Part shown: positions 8,747-16,941 of the stretch, one piece after another | How positions within the stretch are numbered: the first letter of the stretch is position 1 | Layout of the letters: the number at the start of each line of letters is the position of its first letter | Assembly (NCBI GenBank): GCA_963422735.1 | Contig: OY730476.1 | Coordinates: 1,120,001 to 1,184,000, forward strand | Reading direction: 5' to 3' | DNA length: 64,000 nt | DNA from: Candidatus Latescibacterota bacterium | Lineage (GTDB): Bacteria > Latescibacterota > UBA2968 > UBA8231 | Program-made: the position numbers and the translations under genes | Notes under the pieces: model-generated | The model's input: only the letters and a program-made list of their open reading frames with translations | What the model was told of the DNA's origin: nothing | The model's database searches: none

Positions 8747-10753
8747 TCAGCGGTAAAAGGGCGGCGGCCTCAGCAGGCACTTGAGGACGTGGGTACCAGC
8801 ACTCATGTAGAGCACACCGGGATTCCCTTCGGTCAGGGCATAGAGTTCGGGCAGGGGCGGATCGTTGAGATAGGTGAGGACGCGGGACGAGCCGTCGATG
8901 CGGAACAGGTCAAAGCGCGTCAGACCGTAGATAAAGCCGTCAGAGGCGCCAATCAGCGGGAACCTCTCGACCCCTTCGGGCACACCCATCAATCGGGTAC
9001 CCTCCGAGCGCAGGGGGCCTATCACTTCTTCTACGACCAACCGCTCTGGGTCGAAAACGAACAAGCGGCGGTGGTCCGTGGTGCCAAAAACCAGCCCCGA
9101 AGGGTGGACGGCCAAGCGGGTTATCGTATTGGCCCCTTCCACCGGGCGCTGTTGGCAAATGCGCTGTTTAGTCTGGGGATCAAAGACGAATAACAGGCCG
9201 TCGCGGGTGGTGATTTCCGAGCCGCGCCCCCCGTAAATGCTGGTGCCACCGTACACATAGCGCTGGTCCGCGGCCACGCATTGCACACTTTGTTCGGGAT
9301 CGAGGTAGATTGCCCTGTACTCGAGGCCGGTTGCGGGATCGTACGAGGCCAAAGAGCCGCCGGGAATGCCATAATTGCTGCGGTTGGCCACATAAATGCG
9401 GCCGTCGGGGCCGGTTACTGCTTCAAAGGGTCGGTTCTGGTTCTGGCCCAACGGGCCCCAGTTGCGCGGATTGCTGTCGCGCTCCGAGCCGGGCTTCCAC
9501 GGCCTGTTCGGGTCGTACACGCCGATGTTAGAGCCGCCGTAGCTGCCGACGTAGAGCTTGTCTTGGTAGGCGTGGACGTGGTAGAGTTCGCCGCCGGGCC
9601 AAGTGTAACCCAAATCGTCTACTGCATCGGTATCCGGATCTATGGCACACAGGTGCATGCCGTAGATATTGGTTCCGTAGATTTTGCCATCGGGCCCTTT
9701 ACCTAGGGCGCATACAGCGCTGCCACGGCTGCCTTGATAGACTGCAAAACTGCGTTCTTCCCGGTCGCCAGTATCGGGATTTACAACAGTGGCGCGGCCC
9801 TCCTCGACTTGGGCGAAGACCAAATGGCCGTCTTTGCTCAGCCCCGATATGCCGACGAAAGGACCTCGGCAAATGGAGCGAATGGCCAAGGTATGGGCGT
9901 CGATGGCCACCAATTGATCCCCAGCCCAAGCGTAAACCACCCCGCGGTCACTGGCGCGGCTGTTGCAGCCCAAGGCTAAGGGCACGAGCGCCTGGCCGGC
10001 AACGGGGCTGTCGAGACGAGCCATTTCGGTGAAATCGGCGTTGAGTACGCGCACTTGATCGCCATCCGCCAAAAAGAGGCGATCCTCTTCAGATACAGCA
10101 CCTGCAATCCCCTCGGCTGCGGGCGGTACATTGCTCAGGAGACCGCTTTCTACATTGTAGATTTTGGCCGGGACGGCCGGATAGCCAATGAGTAGCAGAC
10201 GACCATCGGGCAGCAATTGGATGCGCACCAGGCGGTCGGTGGGGGGAGCAAACGGGCGGCAGAGTTTGTCAAAGCACCGCTTTTGTGGGTCGTAGCAGAA
10301 CAGTTCGGCCCGTTCGTGGCCTCCCATGTACAACAGGCCGGCGTGCTCTTCTATGCACAAAAGGCGCTGATTGCCGGGGGCTGGACGACCCAGACTGCTG
10401 AAGGTGCGAGTCTGGGCGTCAAAGACCATGAGATGATGGCCGTGGTCGGCCGATAGGCCGGACATGATCCGGGCGTAAATGGTGCCGTCTTGGGCTTGGA
10501 AGACGGGGCCGTGCTCGCGGCAGGGCATGGGAAAGACTTCCAAGCTACCGGTGTCGAGGTCGTTGCAAAAGTAGTGCGCCCCGTCCTGAGAGAATTCGGC
10601 GCCCCAAGCAAGGGTGTGCCCGTTGGCGGGATCGTAGGTGATTGAGAAGCCGTTCCACACAGCACCTACAAAGGGGGTGCCCAAGTCGTAATAGGCAACG
10701 CGAGGACGCGGGGTCGGCGGTAAGGTGGGAGCGCGGGAGGTTAGAGCTTGCAT
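8747..10753 (-). CDS. Beta-propeller repeat protein, function unknown
   Basis: Repeated GPDGKIYG/GPDGRIYV and YDP motifs; AGGAG RBS before ATG 10753. Confidence 0.7.
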   Translation of the reverse strand: MQALTSRAPTLPPTPRPRVAYYDLGTPFVGAVWNGFSITYDPANGHTLAWGAEFSQDGAHYFCNDLDTGSLEVFPMPCREHGPVFQAQDGTIYARIMSGLSADHGHHLMVFDAQTRTFSSLGRPAPGNQRLLCIEEHAGLLYMGGHERAELFCYDPQKRCFDKLCRPFAPPTDRLVRIQLLPDGRLLLIGYPAVPAKIYNVESGLLSNVPPAAEGIAGAVSEEDRLFLADGDQVRVLNADFTEMARLDSPVAGQALVPLALGCNSRASDRGVVYAWAGDQLVAIDAHTLAIRSICRGPFVGISGLSKDGHLVFAQVEEGRATVVNPDTGDREERSFAVYQGSRGSAVCALGKGPDGKIYGTNIYGMHLCAIDPDTDAVDDLGYTWPGGELYHVHAYQDKLYVGSYGGSNIGVYDPNRPWKPGSERDSNPRNWGPLGQNQNRPFEAVTGPDGRIYVANRSNYGIPGGSLASYDPATGLEYRAIYLDPEQSVQCVAADQRYVYGGTSIYGGRGSEITTRDGLLFVFDPQTKQRICQQRPVEGANTITRLAVHPSGLVFGTTDHRRLFVFDPERLVVEEVIGPLRSEGTRLMGVPEGVERFPLIGASDGFIYGLTRFDLFRIDGSSRVLTYLNDPPLPELYALTEGNPGVLYMSAGTHVLKCLLRPPPFYR

Positions 10754-10941
10754 AGAGGCTCCTGTGATTCTGGCGGGTGGCAAGGATTGGTCGCCTTAAA
10801 AAAACTGCTAAAAGCCGCCGCAAGTCCACCCCCAAAGAGCTTGACCCACAACCAGCAAAGTCTCTTTATTGTGCCCTATATCCCGACCACATGCTGGATC
10901 TCCCCAGCAGAAAGCAGCCAAAAACAAATGGGGTTTTGAAA

Positions 10942-11769
10942 ATGGATGAGGAACAGCGCTTCGCTTTTGATACGTGGGGCTTCCTCACAGTGGAGGATGC
11001 GATCACCCCCGAGCAGGTTGCAGACCTCAAGGCCACCGTCGATGCAAAAGGCCCGGAACTCCACTCGCAGCATGCGGACCGAGGCGGTTTCTGGTCTCAG
11101 GCTTTCGTCGATTTACTGGATGTCCCGGTGGTTTCTGAAATCCTAGAAGAGATCTACGGTCGGGCCGGAGGGCTCCCGCCCTTCCGCATCGATCATATCA
11201 ACGTACACACGCACGGAACCTTCAACAAAAATCTCGCCGGGGGTACCATCCACGGCGGCAACGGACGCTTGCTAGATCCTAGTCGGCCGCATGAGCTAGT
11301 CACGCATTACTTCGCTCGCGATCCCGCAAGCGGGATCTTTGCCAACGGTCTGGTCACCGTGGCGTACGAGCTGGAGGATACCGTTTGTAACGAGGGTGGG
11401 TTCGGCTGTTTGGCGGGCTCTCACAAGGGACATTATCCCGTCCCGAAAGCGTGGATCGATTTGTCCAAGGGCGTGCATCCGATGGTCACTCGCGTACCGG
11501 CTCGGGCCGGCACTGCCATTATCTTCACCGAGGCCCTGTGTCACGTCACGTTGCCGTGGATGGCACCAAGCACGCGGACCACGCTCTTTTACAAATACAC
11601 GGCGCACGGGGAGGCCTATTCCGGCCCGAATAACTTTTTTAGCCCAACGGACGCCGACCAATGGCAAGGCGTGGACGAGCGCAAACGCGCAATCCTGACT
11701 CCCCCACCGCAGGCGTTTGTCGAGCGCAAGGCGGAGCTAGCAGAAAAAACGGCGGGCACTCCGCGGTGA
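10942..11769 (+). CDS. PhyH-family Fe(II)/2OG enzyme, HGG variant
   Basis: FDTWGFLTVEDAIT, IHGG, GGFGCLAGSHK, AGTAIIFTEALCH, RTTLFYKY. Confidence 0.8.
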   Translation: MDEEQRFAFDTWGFLTVEDAITPEQVADLKATVDAKGPELHSQHADRGGFWSQAFVDLLDVPVVSEILEEIYGRAGGLPPFRIDHINVHTHGTFNKNLAGGTIHGGNGRLLDPSRPHELVTHYFARDPASGIFANGLVTVAYELEDTVCNEGGFGCLAGSHKGHYPVPKAWIDLSKGVHPMVTRVPARAGTAIIFTEALCHVTLPWMAPSTRTTLFYKYTAHGEAYSGPNNFFSPTDADQWQGVDERKRAILTPPPQAFVERKAELAEKTAGTPR

Positions 11770-11791
11770 TCTAGGCGAGTTGGATCGCACT

Positions 11792-12970
11792 TCACGCCAC
11801 CGTTTGAAATCGCTCCCACGCTTCGGCTGCGGCTGCGGCTTGGCGCTCCAGTTCGCTGCGCCAACCCACGACCTCCCCCGCTTTGATGCGTTGGATATCA
11901 AACCCCGCGTACCGATCCTCGAGCGTATCCCCTAACTTCTGGGTCTCGGCCCAACGGTCCCACGCCGTCTTCATCCACTCGTGCGGCAACGCCTCTCGCA
12001 CCGCGGGATCGAGTTGCCACGCATTGCGCGCATCCGCCACCGACGGCTCCCCCGTGAACGGACCGGACCACTTTGACCAACCGATGGACAAGGTGTTGCG
12101 CTCGCGCTCGGGGACGGTGTGCCCGGTGTGGATCGTGGCTCCATTGCGGATGAGGGCTTCCCCCGGCTTGAGCCGGATCGACACTTGGCCGGGCAACGGG
12201 TCCACCCTATTCCAACTGGGCGTGTGCGGCACTTTTTGGTCCTTCATCGCTTGCGGCAGGAGCACGTCGTGCTCAAACGGCGTGCGCCAGCGATCATGGC
12301 TGCCGGGGATGAGCTCGTGGCACTCGTCGTCAACTAGTGCCAAAAACATGCTCACGCCGTTCCGCTCAGTGAGCGCCTTGGCGTTATTGGCGCGGATTTC
12401 TTCCCAGCGGATCTTTTCGACTTCCTCGGAATAATCCTCCGGGCCTTCCCCCCGGTCGTCCCGCTGCGAAAAATAGGGCTTGCCGGTGCCCCACCACGTC
12501 ACGTCGCGGTGCCAACTGGGCCCATTTTCGTGCCGCCGGGGATTGCACCACAGCAGCATACCACTCATCGCCATATCGTCAGGGCCAAGCCCATTGCACC
12601 AAGAGGCGACGAAGTTCAAAAAATCGTCCGAGCCGTGGAACTCGGCAAAGCAAGGCTCCTCAAAAGCGGGATGGATGAGGCCCCGAATCGCCCACGGCTC
12701 ATGGCCGCCCGCACGATGCACGTAGCCTTTTGAGCAGTCGATCTTGCTGTAGCTATGCTCCGGCGCACACGCTTGGGTGACGCGGCGGCCGGCCTCGCGG
12801 AGAATGGGGATCCACGGGTTATCGACAAAGTCGGTAATGATGACGAAACCGTGCTCCCGCAAGTGGGCCAACCGCTCGGGCGTGGCTCCGGGAGCGGCGA
12901 GTTCGGGCTTGGAGTCGGCAAAAGCTGTGGCGCGATAGGTCTCCTTCGCCGGAGATTGATTGGTAGTCAT
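11792..12970 (-). CDS. PhyH-family dioxygenase
   Basis: REHGFVII, WHRD, LIPGSH, LKPGEA...IHTG...RNTL. Confidence 0.8.
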   Translation of the reverse strand: MTTNQSPAKETYRATAFADSKPELAAPGATPERLAHLREHGFVIITDFVDNPWIPILREAGRRVTQACAPEHSYSKIDCSKGYVHRAGGHEPWAIRGLIHPAFEEPCFAEFHGSDDFLNFVASWCNGLGPDDMAMSGMLLWCNPRRHENGPSWHRDVTWWGTGKPYFSQRDDRGEGPEDYSEEVEKIRWEEIRANNAKALTERNGVSMFLALVDDECHELIPGSHDRWRTPFEHDVLLPQAMKDQKVPHTPSWNRVDPLPGQVSIRLKPGEALIRNGATIHTGHTVPERERNTLSIGWSKWSGPFTGEPSVADARNAWQLDPAVREALPHEWMKTAWDRWAETQKLGDTLEDRYAGFDIQRIKAGEVVGWRSELERQAAAAAEAWERFQTVA

Positions 12971-13187
12971 TTTGCTCTCTCTTTCGCTGGATGGGAAGGT
13001 GGGGGCCTAAGCTACGTTTGGCTTCATTGGCTTGTCAACGCGACCAGTCCGAATCGGCCGTGATGCACAGCTCTTTGGGGGCGATGAGGCCGGGACAAAG
13101 CCGCCTCTTCTGATTGATTTCTGGCAGGGTTGAGCGTATTTTGATTTATCTCATTTGACATTCTCGCCAATAGTAGAGAAGAGCATA

Positions 13188-13751
13188 ATGAAGCGTCTGA
13201 CAGCAGTACTCATGCTAGCACTAGGCACTGTCTTGCCCGCGTTGAATCCCGCCAGCGCCCAAGACCCGGAGATAACGGCCAGTGATGTGGTGGACCGGGA
13301 AACTCTAAAGGCCTTTGTCCTCGCAGCGAAGGCGTACGCGGATAAAGCCACAACCCTTTCCGAGTACATAGCTCTCTTGCAGGAACTCAGAGCCGAAGGC
13401 ACTTGGAAGCATGGATCCATATATCTATTCGTCGTAAACACCGATGGCACCATAATTTTTAACGCGGCTACTCCAGAGCTTGAGGGCCAAAACTTGATTG
13501 ACCTTGAAGACGCCAATGGAGTCAAACTTGTCCAAGAATTTATCGCAGCGGCGGCTGAGGGAGGAGGCTACGTCGAGTATCTCTGGTCCAACCCACAAAT
13601 AGAAGGGGACACCGGCTCGCCTAAAGTGAGCTACGCCATCCCCTACTCTGCTCTCGGCCAAAATTTCGTCTTGGGCTCTGGTTTTTATCCAAGATTCCTT
13701 TCTACGGCGGTTTCAGTACCGTCCTGGGGACAGCTCAAAAGTCGCTTTTAG
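13188..13751 (+). CDS. Secreted single Cache-domain protein with a C-terminal TAV..SWG.LK motif
   Basis: Signal peptide (ASA-Q); YLFVVNTDGTIIFNAATPELEGQNLIDLEDANG, GGGYVEYLW, KVSY typical of sCache_2. Confidence 0.8.
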   Translation: MKRLTAVLMLALGTVLPALNPASAQDPEITASDVVDRETLKAFVLAAKAYADKATTLSEYIALLQELRAEGTWKHGSIYLFVVNTDGTIIFNAATPELEGQNLIDLEDANGVKLVQEFIAAAAEGGGYVEYLWSNPQIEGDTGSPKVSYAIPYSALGQNFVLGSGFYPRFLSTAVSVPSWGQLKSRF

Positions 13752-13917
13752 TCGCCGCACTTGAACGAGCGATAAGGCAGGGATGGGGGTATCCGGCGAG
13801 ACTTGTGACAGCAACGGCAGTAAGCCAAGATATTGCCCTGCATGCCGGTGATACCATCAATAACTCACCAGATCCCACCCGCAGTTACCTTTAACTAGAC
13901 CACAAAAAGGAGGCCCC

Positions 13918-15177
13918 ATGATTAACATCAGAAAACTCCGCGTCGCGCTGCTGGCAGCGTTACTGGCAGCGTGTGGAGACAAGGACGAACCACTTGGTTT
14001 TGAGGCGGGGCCGCTCGGTGCTGTCGAGGTCGGCGCGGGTGAGGCCGTGCAGATCCGCTCGTTGCTGGCGATGACTCTCGGCCCATCGCCGATGGGCGTT
14101 GGGGCGCGCCGCAGCGTCGAGTTAGCCGTGCGGGATTTTGGCAACATTCACGGTCGCCCTGTCGAACTCGGCGAGTCTATAGACAGCATGTGCTCGTCGG
14201 AGGGGGGACGCACGGGTGCCGAGCAGATCAGCGCCGATCCGCAGGTGATTGGCGTCATTGGCACGTCGTGCTCGGGCGCGGCTGTGGGGGCCGCGCCGGT
14301 GATCAGCGAGGCGGGGCTGGTGATGATCTCGCCGTCTAACTCGTCGCCATGGCTCACATCCGACCTCGCTGGCAACGCCAATCCCAACTACCACCCCGGC
14401 TATTTCCGCACGGCCAATAACGATCTCTATACGGCGAAAGCCGTCGCCGACTTCGCTTATCTCGAACTGGGTCTGCGGCGCATGGTGGCCGTCGACGATG
14501 GCGATGCATACACGGCAGCCCTCGTCAGCACATTTGGCAATGAGTTTAATGCACTCGGCGGCGAGATCGCGCGCTCCGCCCGAATCGACAAGGGCGACAC
14601 GGACATGACGGACGTTCTCTCGGAATTCGCTGCTACCGAACCGGACGGCATCTTCTTCCCGCTCTTTGCAGCGGAAGGCACCCTCTTCGCCGAGCAGGCG
14701 TTGGCATTCGACGGCTTGGAAGATGCGACGCTCATCACGGCGGATGCTTTCTTTGAATCCGAGTTTCTGGGTACGCCGCAGTCGGAGGGCACATACTTCG
14801 CCGGACCGGATTTGGACTACGGCGCGAACGCCAATGCGGCAACCGGCAAAAACGCAGACGAAGTGCGCGCCGCGCATGAAGCCACGTATGGCGAAGACAG
14901 TAATTATGTGTACTGGGCGCACGCGTACGACGCCACGACGGTGCTGCTCAGCACCATCAAATCCGTTGCCGTAGAAGAGGGTGGCAAATTGTACATAGAC
15001 CGCGCTGCCCTGCGCGAGGAAGTGGGTGCGACGACCGGCTTTCAGGGGATTATCGGCGCGATCTCCTGCGACGATTTTGGCGACTGCGGCACCGGGCGCG
15101 TCAACATCTACCACCATACAGACGCAAGCATCACAGACCCCGCGCAGTTGCCAGTAGTGTACCAGTTTGCTCCTTAG
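13918..15177 (+). CDS. Branched-chain amino acid ABC substrate-binding lipoprotein (LivJ/K-like)
   Basis: Lipobox LAAC; GVIGTSCSG, MISPSNSSP, YFRTANND, AHAYDA; AGGAGG RBS. Confidence 0.9.
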   Translation: MINIRKLRVALLAALLAACGDKDEPLGFEAGPLGAVEVGAGEAVQIRSLLAMTLGPSPMGVGARRSVELAVRDFGNIHGRPVELGESIDSMCSSEGGRTGAEQISADPQVIGVIGTSCSGAAVGAAPVISEAGLVMISPSNSSPWLTSDLAGNANPNYHPGYFRTANNDLYTAKAVADFAYLELGLRRMVAVDDGDAYTAALVSTFGNEFNALGGEIARSARIDKGDTDMTDVLSEFAATEPDGIFFPLFAAEGTLFAEQALAFDGLEDATLITADAFFESEFLGTPQSEGTYFAGPDLDYGANANAATGKNADEVRAAHEATYGEDSNYVYWAHAYDATTVLLSTIKSVAVEEGGKLYIDRAALREEVGATTGFQGIIGAISCDDFGDCGTGRVNIYHHTDASITDPAQLPVVYQFAP

Positions 15178-15479
15178 AAGCATTCTTAAAGACACTAACA
15201 CAACTTCTGGAAGGACGGGACGCCTGCGTTGTGAGGATCGCCCAGCGGGTTTTGTTGAACTTGCTTAAGTAAAAAGACCTGAGCCTGTATCTTGAACCTT
15301 CTACCGTCCATTGCCAAAAATGCCGTCGTGCTAGGGCTACTTATTGGCAGCCCATCGGTGAGGGCCGGGCGTCTTGTCCCGGTCTCCTTGACAGGTGGTC
15401 TGGCACTTCCAACTAAGTAAAGGCGACACCCGTGCTGTCAAGACTCTATGTAGATAACTTCCGTTGTCTGGACAATTTT

Positions 15480-15700
15480 GAACTCGATCCGCCTTTCTGA
15501 TAGTCGTCATTGACGCGGACACACACGACGCAGGCTCGACGATCCCAGCTTGATGGTGAGTGCAACACTCAACAGGTACTTGCAAGAAAAACAGAAGAGC
15601 TGGTGCTTATTGTTGTTCCGCGACGGAATATCGAGACTTGGTTTGCCTATTTGGACGGTATCCCGGTTGACGAAAAGAAAACGTATCCGCTGTGCCACGA
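15480..15700 (+). pseudogene. Fragment of a TOPRIM-like (DUF4276-type) protein
   Basis: FLIVVIDAD then, after a frameshift, ...VVPRRNIETWFAYLDG; no start codon. Confidence 0.4.
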
Positions 15701-15829
15701 GGACCAAAAGCTCAAACCACCGCTACTACCGTCATTGGCCGGGTCATGCCAAGACTGTCGCAAGCTCAAACGTTACGTTCGTCTGCCACATCCGGGCGGC
15801 TCAGTTCGCCGACGCGAAATCCACCTTAT

Positions 15830-16150
15830 GATAGATTAGCTCAATGCGGAGTTTTTTGTCCAGTGCTTTCCGGAACTTCCTAGGAATTGGCCGAGTCAAG
15901 CAGACGGTCGAGCGCGGACCGACTGATTTGCATCCGCTTTGCCATCGCCGTTTTGGACCGCTTGTTTTCCTCCATGGACTGATCACGCGTTTCACTGATA
16001 AGGCCCTCTTCTGCGAGGAACTCATCAAAACTGCTGCCGACATGTTTCTTTTATCGTTCTTCCCTGCCCCTGAGCATGGGTTAGTCTGGAGCGGCCCTTC
16101 CACCAAGCACGGGAGGCGATCCATCGCCGGATGCACCAGTTGGGCATGCC
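15830..16150 (-). pseudogene. Eroded HTH antitoxin (HVGSSFDEFL type) with a trace of the upstream toxin
   Basis: KHVGSSFDEFLAEEGL, KTAMAKRMQISRSALDRLLD and KALDKKLRIELI recovered across frames. Confidence 0.55.
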
Positions 16151-16176
16151 GCACTGAGTTGGTGAGGGGTATTGAA

Positions 16177-16507
16177 TCAGACTTTTTGTTCTCCCCGTTC
16201 CAACGGCTCGATAGAAAGTCTTAAGCCCAGGCTGTTGAGGATCTTCTCCAGCGTATCCAGCCGCGGATTGCCCTTTCGCGATAGCACCTTGTACTTGTAT
16301 ATGTGGGCGCGGTTTAGATTGGTTTGCCGGGCCAATTGCTCCAGACCGCCTTGGGTGGCGGCGATGTCCTTGAGCGCGAGTAGCAAGGCCGAGGTGTTAT
16401 AGTCTGTAGCATATTCCTCATAGGGCTACTTCTAGGTACGCTTGGGCGCGTTTTGGATCGCGCAGGAATTCGAGATGGTACTTTTCAAAGGGGACAGGCA
16501 CTTTCAT
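16177..16507 (-). pseudogene. Addiction module antidote (HigA-like HTH), frameshifted near 16420
   Basis: FLRDPKRAQAYLEVA / ALLLALKDIA...GGLEQLARQTNLNR...GNPRLDTL. Confidence 0.75.
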
Positions 16508-16817
16508 TGGGAACGTTCTTTGTAATCAGCCAGATGGGCTTTGGCCTGTTCGATGTCTCTGTGCTGTGTACTTTTATCGCCGCCGCAGAGCAATAGTATG
16601 ATGGTGTGCTCTAAACGGGCGAAGTAGTCCGAAAACCGGGACCAAAGTCGAGGCGCAGTTCGAGGACTCCGCCACCGACAGGTCGATGGTCGCCTAGCAG
16701 TCCTAAGCTCAAACGGCGGAGACGGGCTTCTACGCGAGCTTGGGCGAGGGTACGGAACCGTTCAGCGAAAGGCTGCTTGCCGTTTGAGGCTACGTAGATT
16801 TCAACGGTAAATTCCAT
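16504..16817 (-). pseudogene. Addiction module killer (RelE/HigB-like), frameshifted near 16630
   Basis: NGKQPF...LGLLGDHRPVGGGVLELRLDFGPGFR / YFARLEHTIILLLCGGDKSTQHRDI. Confidence 0.8.
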
Positions 16818-16941
16818 TGGACTTAGCGTACTAACAAGCAACTTGCAAATACATCTTGAGCGTACTGCACTAAGGCGACCTTGCTCGGGAATTTGGCGGG
16901 GATATATTGAGAGGCCATTCACCAGAGAAAGAGACCTACTG

